A DNA stretch of 63,050 nt, counting the filler, from Catajapyx aquilonaris (lineage: Eukaryota): NCBI GenBank assembly GCA_000934665.2. It is 4 parts of 4 records of this genome, joined end to end, with 100 filler letters (N's around TTAATTAATTAA, not from the genome) between each part and the next. Parts side by side here need not be neighbours in the genome. Positions count along the whole stretch, not along the records: positions 47,436 to 63,050 come from JYFJ02007447.1; 3 more parts are not named here. One strand, given 5' to 3'. The stretch's first letter is position 1, and each line of letters starts with the position of its first letter. Positions 47,436 to 61,951 of this stretch are shown piece by piece. A program made the position numbers and the translations under genes. Under the pieces are notes generated by a model. That model saw nothing but the letters and a program-made list of their open reading frames with translations, searched no databases and was not told where the DNA came from.

Positions 47436-47761
47436 GTACTCTTCCAACAGATTGTCAGAAAGTTACAGGCATTTCAAGCCTGCTTTCTAAGGGCTGTTGG
47501 ATGTTGTTTAAAAGTAACAATTCTCTTCTCCATAAGAGCCCCATCCAAAATTCTGAGCTTAAAAATTAGTGATCTATATATTTGATTCTAATCATGTTGT
47601 CACCAATCACAGTCAGAAACAAGTTCAATCAAAATGAGTATGATATCCCTATTAATCATACTCTCATCATACATGAGAGGCATATAGGTGCAGTATTCCT
47701 TTAAAAAACTGTTGTGGAGTGGAAGCATTACACTCAATTATGTTGATTGTTAACATTATAC

Positions 47762-47992
47762 CAGTGGTTTCCAACCAGGGGGTAGGAGGCAGGGTCGCGA
47801 GCCTTGGTTCAACTGTTTTTTTTGGTGTGCAATTTCTGTGTCGATTGAACCATTTTGCAGCCGTACAGAGCGTATGTTTTCTGGAAAGGGGGCAGTGTTG
47901 TAGAAAGGGCTGGGGGAGGGGAGGAAGGGGGGTCGCACATTCATGGAAACATGTTGAGGGGGTAACAGTTGGTAAAAGGTTGGAAACCACTG
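47762..47992. mobile_element. hAT (Charlie/Buster-like) MITE
   Basis: Perfect 15-bp TIRs CAGTGGTTTCCAACC / GGTTGGAAACCACTG. The TSD does not match because the right side abuts another MITE. Confidence 0.75.
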
Positions 47993-48680
47993 CAAACCTG
48001 TGTATAGCGGAATCGCGCGGGACCCCAAAAATTTTCCGTTATGGATAGGTTTCCACTATAACCAGATCATGAATGCTACTGTTTTTTTTTTTTTTTGCCC
48101 ACGAGAAAGATAGGAAAATGGGGAGCGCAAAATTAAGCACCTTACCTCAATATGGTGCAAAATCATGATTTTACCTGCTCCATTGGACCATCAACCCGGA
48201 CTCGGGCAATATGTTGAACCTGTGTCAATCCTTTCCTCTTCCCCGACATTTTAAAACTGGACTGAACCTTGAACTAAAAGGCACTGCTACGAAGCATGAA
48301 TCACAACTTCACGGCCGTTTTTCGAGTTTCCCAATCAAAAATAGTCCCCTTTTCCCACTCTTTATCTTCAAGGCCACAGCCAGTAGCAATTATGAGACAC
48401 AGGTCCAAAAAGGGTTACTCCGAGGCCTCGGCCGGGAACTCAGCTGTAGTTTATATTTTTGTGACTCGCAGGAGAAAATGCGAACCTTTTTATTTCCGTT
48501 ATGAACAGGGATTTTCTCTGAAGGGAGCCAAAAATCCCTTCCGTTTCCGCGTTGGGCAGGTTCCGTTATATCCGTCAAAAAATACATTGCATACCATACA
48601 CATATGCCCATTCCTGGAAAAAAATCTGTAATGGGATAGTTTCCGCTATATCCAGGGTCCGTTATGGGCAGGTTTCACTG
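47993..48680. mobile_element. Tigger/pogo-like MITE, left end clipped
   Basis: Right end CCGTTATGGGCAGGTTTCACTG|TA, left remnant AAACCTGTGTATAGCGGA, and repeated TTCCG(T/C)TAT motifs. Confidence 0.6.
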
Positions 48681-49108
48681 TACTATAACCACCACTCCAT
48701 TCGAGCTCCCATTTCCCCCTCAATTTCCCATTTCTATTACAATTATTCAAGCAGAACACTACTGAAACAATTCACCAAGTACTTCACATGTAATAGAAAT
48801 ACATTGCACACTTCATGCTAACTTATGCCAGTTACCCTTGAGCCATTCACAAATTGTGAATAGCTCTGCATGTAGATATCATCTGAAATCCCATCCCATA
48901 TCCTCCATAACTTTCCACACAAAGCATACCACTTCCCTCTCTAACAAAGCAGCTAACGTTTCATAACTCTAATTTTAAATGTTCAAAAAATCCAGTCCCC
49001 CCCTTGCGTAGAATGTCCACAGTGCAGATACGCCCTGTGCTCATCAGTAGATAGTCATCAATATCAATTAATTGTACCCTGCAAGAAATGAAAGAAAACA
49101 TAACATAC

Positions 49109-52100
49109 CAGTGTATTCAATTGGCTTCCCATCCCTGTAGAACTTGAGAGTTGGGTATCCCCTGATGTTAGTCTTCTCAGCAAGTTCAGTCTCCTCTGTG
49201 GCATCCACCTTGCCCAGCTTGATATCTGAGCCCTTTTCTGTCAGCTTCTGTGCTGCCTTAACATATTCAGGGGCTAGAGCTTTGCAGTGACCACACCAGG
49301 GGGCATCTGCATTAGAGCAAAAAAAGACATTCGTAAGTTGCTATTTCTGTGAGGTAGCGCAACTTCAAATTTATAAAACAGTCAAACCCTGAAAATTCAC
49401 TACCATTTAAAAAAATTGTCTGCAAACATAACCACCATAACTTTGAACTTGTTGTTTTCCCTCTCTATAATGAATTCAATAGTATTGAGACTTCTGCACA
49501 AGGGCATGGCCCAGCAGGGAAATACTTATAATTATTATTGAGACTTGATTGAATATCACAAAAAACTCATACCAAAATTGAATCGTCTGACACGTGTGGA
49601 TATTTTAAACACCTTGCACAAAACTCTTTTTTACTTTTGTCATGAAAAATTACTTGAATGCTACTCTGTGATACTAAAATAATATAAGTTACTGCCAGAT
49701 GTTTGGGTGTGTGCAGGAATTAAACTTCTACACACGGTAGTGAAACATGCAGAAGAATTCACATGTGTGCAAGGCTAGATGCGAAAATGGACCATTAGTA
49801 TTGATGTGATTCGCAGCGGGATTTCAGCTTCCAGCATACAGAATTAGGGCAAGTTCTATTTCCCTCCCCTCCCATGACACGCAACCACTGCCACGATTCA
49901 AGACAGCCCCTTCTGGCCCAGTCATACTCTCAAGTCTGAACAGGTGTGCATGTGGCCTCTCCTTCCAGTCCCTAGCCACGTGGTCATTGCAGCATAATCC
50001 ATGGGAGAAAGACGCTGGAGGCACAACACGATCGAGTGGCTCCTCCGCCTCTACAAACGTGTGGTTGATCAGATGCCAGCTTCTCATTGTGCATCACACA
50101 CACTATTCCAGTAAAAGCCTGTAGGCAGCATTCATGATTGTATCCTACCCCTCAGTCTCATCCCCAGAGTGTTTCATTACCATGTGCGGAGGCATTTATG
50201 AGCCAGGTGAAGCATGAAATATGCATGACTGCCAGCCACAAACCCAAGTTCAGTTGTCTATTGTTCCCTATTCCAAATGAATTCATGTGCAAGTTAAAAT
50301 TAACCTCTCTAGCATAACCATACGGTGGGAAAGAAACACAGACATTCACCAATCATTACTTAGACCAACACTGCTAGAATTGGAAGAGTTTAACTACCAA
50401 TATGAGAATGTACTATAAGAGCTTGTTTTCACAGATGACAAATATTACAAGTCATGAAAATCTGGCATGGCCAAGCACTGTCACAGACTGATTGCACAAA
50501 CTGACAATGGATCATTAAAAAGAAGCTCAACTGAAATATAAATTATGTAGTTGCCCACAAAGATGACTAAGCAAAAACTTTGCTGGATAAGCATATGGTG
50601 CTGTTAACTTTTATCTTGTGTACAACATGCTCCTAGCATTCCATCTCTTCCCATTGTTCCTCATGTATGCAAGACTTGCTACTTCACATACTGCATGCTT
50701 TGAAATGCAAAATTATGACCATATGTTCCAAGAGCTTTTGTTAAGTGAGGAGTAGTGGCTGATAGCTCCCACATGCTAATCATTCATTTCTATAGCTTAC
50801 TTGAAGAATTAGTTGATGCAATCACAGATGTTACTTTAAACCACATGTTACATTCTCATTTGGACACTTGTATATGCCCACACCAATGTCCATAATCATA
50901 CACAATTTTCAAGTAACCATTTCTTTTTGTGATTGATTGTAAAGAGTTGCAATTGTACATTTTATATTAGGCAACACTTTAAAACCCCAAAACAAAATAA
51001 GTTTGTTTTCTAATAATCACTCACTCAACTGAATTTAGTGCAACATAATAATGCAATCACTGTACTGCAAAATGAATTTGAACAATACCAGCTGTTACAA
51101 CTTTTCATAGTTAATCCCACTAGTGAGAAGCAAACAACCTGAGTGCAAAGTCATGCAGTATTGGGGTAATGTCCCCATTAGGTTATCGCTTTACTGTCTC
51201 AATGATATGGGAGCATTGAATTGGCAGCATTTTCTTTTGTATCTGTCATTGTCCCCTTGAAAATAGCCCTGGTTGAGTTCATTGCTGCTACTGCAATGTT
51301 GGACTGCTTGATTATCAAAATTCCCGGCACAACACTCCATAAACAAGTTAAAATACAGTAAAACTTCTATAAGTCGAACTTCCCTAAGTCTAAGAAAATT
51401 ATGGGCTTGGTTGGTCACAATGTAAAATAATAGGAAATAAATTTCCCTAACTCGAAGTTCTCCATAACTCGAAGTGCTGGCAGGGCCATTCGATGGGATA
51501 TCAATGCATTTTCAGTCTCCCAAAGTCAAAGTTCATGTTGGCGAGTACAGAAGATTTTCTCATTTCCCAGCCGAAGGGTCGAGAGTAGGCCACATGTACA
51601 GAAAGGCTCAATTTCCTGATCTCCATCAACCAGACGTACCGAAAGAAGTGTTTGACTCGATAGTGACAATTGAATCCTTGAATCTAAGAGTAGGCAAATG
51701 CCCATCACAGTTTTTTTTACACGTAAACGAGGAACAGCGTAAGTGTGATCGTGACAGTTATTTTCAAGTTTTGAAAACCTTTCGTCGCTGGATATGAAGG
51801 TAGGCTTCCTTATAGAGTTCTGTGATTTAAAAAATCCAAACTTCTCCAACTCGAGTCTTCTATAACGCGAAGTTTTACTGTATAATCATCAGGATATTTC
51901 CTGACACATGGGGTTGACACAAACCCAACCAGTGCATGCGATATTTACTTTTTTTGTTTCGGTTTAAAAATGTGGAATTTCATTTCCTGTGTTGCGTGAG
52001 ATTTACATCACTTCCTCTCCCCCTTTTTTTGTGGCATTAAAGCCCATAAAACATGTATGCCTGCATCTGAAGCTCGCCTGTCGGAATGGGCTGATGTGAC

Positions 52101-52303
52101 CTATGCCACCACCGTTCCAAAAACCCCAGAAAGTGAGAGAGAGGCAGATACTCACAGAACTCGACGAGGATATACTTGTTGTCGGTGATGGCCGAGTCGA
52201 AGTTGTCCTTGGTGAGCACGAGCACCCCCTCGTCCTTCTGAATCTCGTCCCCGAAGACGGCCACCAGGGCCAGCACCAGGCTCAGCAGCAGCGCTCGGGC
52301 CAT
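49109..52303 (-). CDS. Pdi: Protein disulfide isomerase (P4HB/Pdi type), first two coding exons; the rest was not found before the contig end at 47436
   Basis: Exon 52303-52156 (signal peptide, [12 protein letters not shown]...ILVEF) splices in phase 1 to exon 49306-49109 ([15 protein letters not shown]...KVDAT...RGYPTLKFY). A probable 5'-UTR intron lies at ~52356-52497. Confidence 0.95.
51356..51880. mobile_element. Tigger/pogo-like MITE (525 bp) in the Pdi intron
   Basis: TA|CAGTAAAACTTC...GAAGTTTTACTG|TA; homologous to 9999-12733 but without the nested insert. Confidence 0.88.
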
Positions 52304-52620
52304 CCTCCTTCCCTACTCTCTCTGCCTGTGTGTGGAGGTCTATCACTCTGTACAACCTGCGAAACGAATATTGCGTGGGATGAACCCTTGCGAACAGGTT
52401 GTCTCAGGTTGTGGCTGGTAGGGGAAGGGCGTGTGGCCGGCTCAAGGCTCAAGAGCGGTGTACGGGCAAGGTACGGGAGCTATCGTGGTAAACTCACCCT
52501 GCCTGATGAAGAGCGTGGGGGCGATGTGGGGCGAGCGACGTGACGAGTCGGGAGGAAGAAGAAGAAGAACGAGAAGGGATCCGGGCTAAGCAGAGCGGCG
52601 AACGTGGCAGGGACCACCGG

Positions 52621-52639
52621 CGTGGGGGAATCTCATTGG
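52621..52639 (-). promoter_or_regulatory. ER stress response element (ERSE) upstream of Pdi
   Basis: The minus strand reads CCAAT-GAGATTCCC-CCACG, an exact CCAAT-N9-CCACG, just upstream of the predicted non-coding first exon. Confidence 0.75.
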
Positions 52640-55600
52640 GCCACCGCACCCGGTCATGTGACCACAGGAATAGCTGTGCACCGGCTACGCAGGTCAACTA
52701 GTGTCACACAGGGACGGACAGATGGCAGGGCGGACTGCCGGATGTGACGTACCCCCAGAACATGTGGTCATCACCTAGTCGCGATTATGACCGGGAGAAG
52801 GCTCTGCACACTTGGGAGTGTAACTGGCGACATCTAGCGAGCACACTGCTTACTTGGTTAGCCAATAGGACGGTGGCGTCATCTGGGCCTGGCTGCTGCT
52901 GCAACCTGTCATTGAGCGGGCCTTTTGAGATCACTCGATACACATCCGGCGTTTGAGATGCAAATCCTTGCTTGCCTATGCATGCAAAGTACCTTGCGGT
53001 CATAATTGAATCTCGGGTAATCAAAGACCTCGCAACGGTAAAGTTCGTCCGGAATTATTACCCGTACAGGTCCATCACTGGCTCTTATTTTCCTCAAGAA
53101 TCCTGATTCCCTCCATCGATTGGTTTGTCACATCGGCAGGGTTTAGGAAGTGTCATCACGTGATCGGCGTGGTGACACTCCTGAGAAGGGAATTATGCAA
53201 AAGTAGTCGATCGACAGATCCTGTAATTACTGGAAAACAATCGGATCCCAGAGCTTATAGGAAAAGGGGGAGGAAAAAAGAAAGAGGAAGAGTCTCTGCC
53301 ACTTCAAAAGTTTTCAATCAGCAGAGGGGGAGGGGAAAAAGAAAGAGGAGGGGACTGCTCTTCTGGTGCGGAACTAGTCGCCTTTGCATACCAAAAAGGT
53401 CATCGGATCACTTTCCCAAAAGAAAGAAAGGAGACAAAGTAGAGCGTCGCCTGGCAAGCCCTGGAGTCAAAAGCTTGCTCGGGGAAGACAGGCACTATGA
53501 TGATCGATATCAATTTTCCTCCAACTTCTAAGCCGGACCGTTATGTACAACCCTGCAGGTCCTAATTCAGAGCTATTAATGCCTTGGCAACGTAATAAAA
53601 TCTTGCTCTGTTGGGAAACGCCAAGGACGTGGCTTATATACTAGCAGCAAGCAAAAATGAAATCTCATTTCGCCATCCAGCCGACCCTTATTAACGCTCT
53701 TAGATTAGTATTAAATTACAGTCACTAATAATCGGGGCGCGTCAGCTATTTTGGCGTCTCCATCATCCCTGCAGCTTCCACGTCAGAAATTGCATGTAAG
53801 CTGGGTCCTGCTGTTGGGCACAAAGAGATGCCTGACAATATCTGCAGGTGGGCTAATTTGCAAGAGACAAAAGCCAAACAAGAGAAAGACTAGGGGGGGG
53901 GGGGAGGGAGGCCCCAGAGAAATCCCGGTGTTTGATCACCCTTTCCCACCATTACCAAACTGANTTTTCACCCAACTCTCCCCGTTGCTTAATCCCCTCT
54001 GGCACAACTATTGCCAAAACTTCCAGCGCACAATCAGCTAATCAATCCCCACCCACCCACCCCTTTTATCCTCTGCAACTGGTCCATACACCCGCCTCCA
54101 AATGAGCGACTTCGTTATGCGACGCACCCGCAACAGCAGCTCCATACCCCCGCCACCACCAAATGTCTCTTCTCCAAAGTCATGAATAAGTAAATCCTGC
54201 AGACGTCAATGACCACCCTGAGCGCCCTCAGGCCTCCATACATTATTCCTCGCTCCTCAATTAAGCATGCAGCTCCATTCTCAACGTGCTTCCGACTGTC
54301 GTCCCTGCGATGGAGGCTACGAAAAAAAAAAAAATCTTGGGTTTGAGTCAACAATTTCTTGCTCAAAACAGCCGGCTTCAACTTGGAGGTACAAGCAGTG
54401 TAGTGGGCAACGAAAACTGGTTGGGTATACAGAACCTGGTGGTCCTCAGACCCACTCGATAATAAGTGGGGATAAACAACAAACTCACCGGTACAGTGTA
54501 CTTGCAGAGTTGTTGTGGTCGACGAGTTGCCAGCAAAGGGATCTCGACTGCACTGCAGGTTGATTGTCAACAGTATATAACAGTGAAGTGGGTCCAGTTT
54601 AGATTCACAAAATATACGCTATGTTCCTTCTGGGTAGTGAGACAATGATCATCTTACAGTGTCTGGAAAGTACCTTTTTGTAGTTGTAGAACGCAGGTTA
54701 CTCTAGTAAAGAAATTGAACTTGAGCAACAGGAAAGTTCTCATCTTTATCCAACACTCGCCCTCACTCCATCAACTTGGCAATCGTCACAACTGCGAGGT
54801 TACCTTCGTTATGTACAACAGATTTAAAAAGAGGATGCCAAACTTGTTTTGTCAAGTTATGTACTGTACAACTATCTGGAAAATGTTACCTATGTATTTA
54901 CAAATAGGGTCCTCTTCTCCTCTGCCACTAAAGGAAAAAAAAGAACACTTCTGTCAATCTTCTAAAACAGGATTGGGGGAGAGGGGATATAGGGTTGCAA
55001 CGAAAAAAGGTCCCTCTTGACAAACTCCCCCCGGTATCTATGAATAATACTGATGTCAACGAATCCGTCTTCGAATGGGTGTTGTTGTCCTCTTTCTTTG
55101 ATTGATTCTTGACGCTTTAAAATGCTTTCCCAGTAGGCCTAGCTATTCAATGATATGTACGTGTAAGGCACCATAGTTGACTCCGGACATGAGCTGGCTC
55201 TCTCTCCGGTGCCTCTCTCTCTCTCTCCAGTTCAGAGCCGGAACGTCATGTCTTAGTACACTCCCAGTCCTCAGTATTGCTTCTTCTTCCCAAGTAGGAC
55301 CGACAAAATTTCCATGGGTATGAGGTAGTCCGCGCCACAACAACCGCACAGCACCCTCGCAACATAACCACTCACACTCACTTCACTGGTGAATAAAAAC
55401 AATTAACACTGCACATCGTGCAGACCCTTCTGGATAACAGACGTAGCGGTCCATCGCAACTGGAAAATATATGCCTACAGATATGAAATTTGTACAGCAG
55501 TTACATCTGTGCGTGATGAATGTCCACTTATGCGAACATTCCTTTGCCTGCAACGATATGTAAGCAGTTGTCAGAGCGACAGATCCAGAAGGGCCAGCGT

Positions 55601-55671
55601 GCAGTGGTCTGTCCTCATCCTCCGGTAAGGGTCGCTTATTCTTCCTGGTGGATCTTATAAGGCCAGGAGGA

Positions 55672-58600
55672 TCAGCTGAGAAGCCTCCGGAAGAGGAAGA
55701 AGGCCAGCATCATGGCGGACGGAGGCAGAAGTCCTCTCAGCCTGGCCCCTGCCGCGTGGCTGAGGGCGCTGGCGTGGCAGTTCAGGTCGTCAGGAAACAG
55801 ATCCAGCAGGGGGATCTGCTGCTTGGTCTGCGGGTGAGAGCAGGCTGCTTCTCTGGCCATCGCCTGAAGCTGCTGGGCACCCTCCAGCATCACGGTGTGG
55901 ATCTGAAGGCTCTCTCGAAGCCACCGACGAAGCCAGTGACCCACCCACACCAGACCACAGTCGCACGACCATGGGTTCCCCTGTAGTGCCACTCCACCTA
56001 TATTATACACAGAGAGATTTTACAAAATGTACGAGGAGGTTGGCTGCTTGCTCAAGTGTACTAAAAATTAATAGACCCAAGGGAGAGAGAGGGAGAAAGA
56101 GGAGGGGAAGAAAAATCACAAATATCAATTTAGCCTAACATCATGTCTTATTCAGGGTCCCACAGGCTGAATGTTAGCGGGAAGCAATATTTTATCTGCT
56201 TTCATAAAATATGTACAGTTACAGCTTTGCAGTTAGCTCTTCATGTCCAGAAATTCCAGCGCCGTTTGTCTTACTCGCTTTTTCAGACAGTTAGTACTGT
56301 CGTGTAACTTCCATTTATGCATAAATATTGCAGCTTTCGCAATTGTGTTGCGATGGAGCATGTTGGCGCCACAGCAGAGTCTAGAGTTGTAGGAACTATG
56401 AAGTTCGAAGACTTTTCTTCCTCTCTTTAGCCATCTTTCTACTCCCAATAGACTTAAGATCTCTTGTATCCGGTTCTTTTCATGAAAACGGCAGTTTCCT
56501 CAGGTAATCGTAGTGCACTTGAATGCAGTGAGAGCCCGTGATTGAAAATCTGAGCTATACTCAATACGTAGCTTACTTCAAAGTTGAATGAAGAAATAAT
56601 ATCTCGTCTAATCTTATAAGCCAATTTTCGCTCCTTTTGGGGCACGGTCTGGGTAGAGCCTGATGTTAATGAACAAATAGATTGGCTTTTCATTATGCGA
56701 AGTTTGATTTTGCAAATGTTAATATATGCAGTAACTTTATCAGATTTTCCAACTTTCTTACGTATATTATGCCTTTAGCGTGGCTTTGAGAGCAGACTCA
56801 TGAAATCATTATTCCTTTACATGCTGTTTTATAATGCATCAGAAGAGCAACACCTTGCGACTGTTTTATTTAAATTTCATACAGTTCATGTCATAACCAT
56901 GTTACAAAAGTATTATTGTCAAGTGTCAGAGCATATGGTTCGCATATAAAGCATTTGAAAATCTTTTGTAGTTTAGCCTCCCACGCCTTTTTGAGACAAA
57001 AGGAAATACTGGCATTTCCTTCCATTGCTGGCAAAATTGTTACTCTGGAATCCACGTAGGTGTACTGTACAGTACATGGTACAGGCCAACTTACTTCAAG
57101 CAAGCATTTAAAATCATTCCAAAATCATTTCAAAATCCTGTTGCATGCATTTGAACAGTCCATATTGACTGAACAATAACGACGAGGATTTTGACCGAAC
57201 CAGTCAGCGCAGTTTTATTCATTACAGTTAATATGAAAGAGGAGATAAAAAAAGGAGAGTGAGGGATAACAAGCGGGACGTAAATCCATCCTCGCCCCAT
57301 CTCGATAAGCAATCCCACCGGGAGATGATGGGCCAGCCAACTCCCACTCTCAAATTTTTTTTTTGTTGTTTAAACTAATCTAGCAAATACCTCAGCCATA
57401 AATCCAAATCCCGCCCTTGGGAGAGTTTTCTTACCAGAGATGAGCTTGGTTCCGACAGTCTCCCAGTTGGATCCGTTGGGATAAAGCGCCGTGGGGCTGA
57501 GCGAGGCCAACTTGTTGTCGCGCAGGTCCAGCGACAAGTGCGCCACGTTGGCCAGACCCCTTAGGAGGCCCGTGGGAAGCTCCTGCAGGGACGTGTGTCT
57601 GAAGCGAAGGAGCAGCTCCTGTTTGTCCTGCAGGCCGTCCAGGGCACCCGGCTCCACGGAGCTCAACCTCTCTCCAGTCAGCTCCAGCTCCCGGAGTTTA
57701 GGTCCAAGAGCACCTAGAAGCTGGTCAGACAGGCTCTCTTCCATCACATGAACGGACAGTGTCCGAAGGGACGGGAGAGCCGAGAGGACGCTGCCTAACC
57801 GGAACCGGTACTTTTCAATGTTGGGCCAGGTCTGGATTTTGAGGTGTCGCAGGAAGACCAGGTGGGACAGCGCGTCCGAATCGAATCGTTCCAGAGGGAG
57901 CTCCTGCAGGCGTAGCTCCTGCAGCTGCTGCATGCCGGCGAAGCTCTCTTTGGTCAGCATCCGGATCCGGTTGCGGGACACGTCCAACTGGTGCAGGTTG
58001 GGCAGCGAGCCCAGGGCATGGGAGGGCACGTTGGATAGCCAGTTGGAAGATAGGTCCAGAACCCGGAGGCTACGGAGGGCTTCCAGGTTCTGGGCTGGGA
58101 CTGAGTCGATCCGGTTGGAGGACAGGTTCAGGCTTGCCAGAACCGGGAGTGGTACCGGAGGAGCGGTGCGCAATCCGGTGTTGGCCAGGTTTAGCACCTT
58201 GATTTTTTGCAGGTAGTGGAAAAGCTCCTTGAAGTTGGCTCTAAGCGGGCTGTTGCCGCTCAAGTCCAGCCTCATCAAGTTGCCAAGGCTGGAGAAGACG
58301 TTGTCGGGAAGGTTTGTGAGGCGGTTATGAGCGAGGTTTAGACCGATCAGGTTGGGGAAGTTGGATGATATGGTGCTGTCCAAGTGTTCGATGTGGTTAT
58401 GCGAGACGTCCAGGTAGCGGAGGGTGCGGGCAACTTCTGAGAGAGCGCTTCCGGGCATCACAACAATCTCATTCTGAGACAAGTCCAGTCTCTCCAGGCG
58501 AGTCCTCAAGAATACGTCGTGTGGGAGAGACCTGATGTGGTTATGGTGTATGTCCAGAGAACGCAGCTTGGTCAGATTGGCCAGCAAGCTGAAGGGAAGC

Positions 58601-61600
58601 TGCGTGATCAGGTTGTTACTTATGTCAATCTGCTGGAGTCCGATCAGCTCCCTGAACACTCCTCGACGAACGTCCCCAATTTTGTTGTGTTCTAGGGTTA
58701 ATATCTGCAGAGAACTGAGGGAAGGAAGTACTCCGTCGTCCAGTCGACCTATCTTGTTGTGCCCCAAGTGAAGTCGCTGCAGGGTATTGGCCAGGGGACG
58801 TAGGAAATCTCTGGGAACGTCCTGAAGCAGGTTGTGGCTCAGATCCAGAGTCTTGATGTGTATGGTAGCTGGATATCCGCGTGGATGATGTAGAGAGGAA
58901 AGGTGATTTCTGGACAGGTTGAGGGACAGGGGCAGAAGAGGCGTGCTGACATTGGCAAACACGACGCTAGAGAGCTCCTCCAGTTGGTTGCACTGCAGAT
59001 CCAGTTTTAGAAGGGCCGGCAGAGTCTGGAACGCCCTTGAAGCCAGCGAGGTCAAGGCGTTGTTGGCCAAGGTCAATGTCACCAATCGGGGCAATTCGCG
59101 AAATGCTTGGGAGTGGATGGCACGCAACTGGTTACCATTCAGCACCAAGGTCTGCAGCTCTTCCAGAGACGTGAAAGTGTCCGCCTGCAGAACCTGAAGG
59201 TGGTTGTAGGCCAAGCGCACGTCTCTCAGGCTGCGATGAACCGTGCGATGGAACGCACCTGGAGGGATGCTGGCGAGCCTGTTGGCTTCCAAGTTCAAGT
59301 ACTGAAGCTTCCCAAAAGAGTAGAGCGCCGTCTCTCCCATCGACGCCATGTTGTTGTTGTCCAAGGCGAGCCACACCAGGTTGGTGAGTGGCTTCAGGAA
59401 GTCCTCCGGGAAGGACTCCCTGTACATACCGAAGCTCATTTCCAGGCTCTCCAGACTGGAGCCAACCACTGAGAACGCCTCAGGATCTACTGCGGTGATC
59501 TTGTTGAAGCTGAGGCTGAGTTCCCGCAGCTTTGGTGCGTTCTTGAAGGTACCTGCAGCCAAGAAAGTGATTCGGTTGTTGCGCAGAAGCAGAGTCTCCA
59601 AGTTTCCAGCCCATCCGGCGAGTTCTTCGGGAAGAACCTCCTCGATCTGATTGTACCCCAAGTTGAGATGAGACAGCAGCTTGCAGTTACGCAAGGCCAT
59701 GCTGGGCACGCGCTTGAGTTGGTTCCCTGACAAGCTGAGCGACCACAACGTATCCGCAAAACTGTCCAAGGATTCGTCCTCCAGCTCCAATATGGAGTTT
59801 GAGGGCACGTACAGGTACCGCAACTTATGCAGGTGGGACAGGGCCCGAGGCAACCGGCCCAGCTGATTATGCTCCATATCCAGAAGCTGCAGGCTGTGTC
59901 CCACCCCCACAAAAGCTCGTTCGTCCATGTCCTTGAGGCGATTCATGGATAGGTAGAGCCGCCCCACGTTCATCCCTCTGAAAGCCTGTGCCGGAAGGGT
60001 CTCCAACTGATTGAAGTCGAGCATAAGGTCGGTCAGGCTCAGCGTGTCGTTGAACATGTTGGGGCTGAGGGCACGGATAAAATTCTCGCCCAGATCTAGC
60101 TTGTTCATGCGTCTCCGCTGGCGAAACGTGTGCGGAGGCAGCTCTTCCAAGTAATTCCCCCTCAGGTAAAGCCACAACAGTGCCGGAAGGTCGTCCATTG
60201 TGTCAGCCGGAAACTTGCTCAGAAGGTTGTGGGACAAACTCAACGTTTGCATATTTCTGGGGAACAAACCCGGCTCCACCTCCATGATCAAATTGGAATC
60301 CAAATTCAGCGAGATCAGTTGTGGAAAAGAGGTGAGTACATCAGGTGGGATGATCCTGAGTCTATTCTCTCCCATAAACAGGTTGGTCAGAGTACCCCGT
60401 ATGTGGCTCCATTCCGACTCCCCCAGACTAGAGATATGATTGCTGGAAAATATAACAAACCAGTTATCTTTTATGACATCACCTTCTTGCTAGCTAAGCG
60501 CGTGAAAAGGACATGAAACGAGCCTAATGAAGCAAGAAGACCGTGCATTATAACAGAAATGATGAGGTAATTGGACGGAATGAATCTCCCTTTTCATTCG
60601 TCCCCCTTCAAACCTACAGCACCCTGCACCCCCGAGCAACACCACCCCATCCAGCCGGTTACACCCTCACCTATCCATCTCCCGGAGCAAAAGAAGGCTT
60701 CCAACAAGCTCTCTTTTTATCATGCGGAGGCCTGGCGGGGCGTATGATTCACTCCCGCTGCTTTCTATTCCGCACCTTTCGCCCGGACCTTGTCGGAGAG
60801 GCGATTGGACTGCGACGGTGGTCTGGGGAGGAGGGGTGGAAAAGGGAGGGCTCTGCTTTTTTTGGTGGTTGGGGATGGGGAGGTAGTGAAGGGGGGGTCC
60901 ATCTACGTGGTCGGCATGTCGAGTGGCTAGTGGAAGGGGGAATATGAGCGGAAACCTAGTCCTAAGTCATCCTCGCCGCCACCCTCCGACATCACTTTTA
61001 CGGCCCTCCAGTGAATCTGGATCAATCGGGATGGGAGCTAGGGTTTACTTCCGGAATGCTTTTGCCCATAACCTACCCTAATGTCGTCCCTACACTCACC
61101 CATTCCCTCCAACCGTGACCTCTCGAGTGAATTGTTATTTCCTGGCGTCAAAGAGAAGGCATTGTTGTTGAGCTGTAAGAGACGTACCTGTGCAGGTTGA
61201 GCCAGTCGAGCGTCCTGAGGTGGCGCAGAGCACCGAATGGAATTTCGTCCAGTTCGTTGTAGCTGAGATCGAGCGACTTCAGGGCTGTCGGCATGGAGCT
61301 TTTGGAAGAAGGGGAGACAAGATACCAATGAAATTAGTATTCAAATCCGCATTTTCCTATGCAAAACTCAGACCTCCCTCTACCACCCGGTTGAACGTTT
61401 TCATCCTTATTCCTAACTTCTCTCTCTCTTCTTCTTCTTCTCTTTCGCTCTCTCACACAGACTGATTCCCCAAGGAGCTTCTCTCGGGAGTAACAGAGCA
61501 GAAACCAATTGGATCTTTCCCCTTCCTCTTTTCAGGTTGGCTTTGCCCTTATACGTCACCTCCCGACCTGCACCCAAAAGAAGAAGTCCGCACTCCAAGG

Positions 61601-61951
61601 GTCGCCGGCCTTTCCTTCCACTTCGGCAGCCCCCCTTCCCTTTGGGACAAAGATGGACAGCCACTCGCCGATCTTTTCCACGTGTCCATGACATCTACTC
61701 CGGGACCCACTTGATTGTTTTTCACCTCATCTTTTTTTCCACCCTTCCCTCCGTTACCATTATCCTTTCTCCAACCCTGCTGATATACTGTGTGAACAAC
61801 ACTCACCTAAAAGCCCGATCGCCAATGTAAAATATCCTATTGCTCATGAGCCTGAGAGAATCGATGGCCACATCCTGAAGAGCCATGTTGTCCACAGCCT
61901 CCAGGTCGGAGCTGACCACGTCCACGTGCGATATGGCTCCGGATGGCAAAT
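55672..61951 (-). CDS. Chaoptin-like extracellular leucine-rich-repeat protein, probably GPI-anchored; 5' exons not found in the window
   Basis: Phase-compatible exons 61951-61807, 61298-61188, 60442-57435 and 55997-55672. Dozens of LxxLxLxxN repeats, LRRCT cap GNPWSCDC, and a small-residue site followed by a hydrophobic C-terminal tail. Confidence 0.88.

Noticed and set aside
57491..60516. Many plus-strand ORFs opposite the LRR exon
   Set aside because: Antisense shadows of a GC-rich, Leu-biased coding exon.
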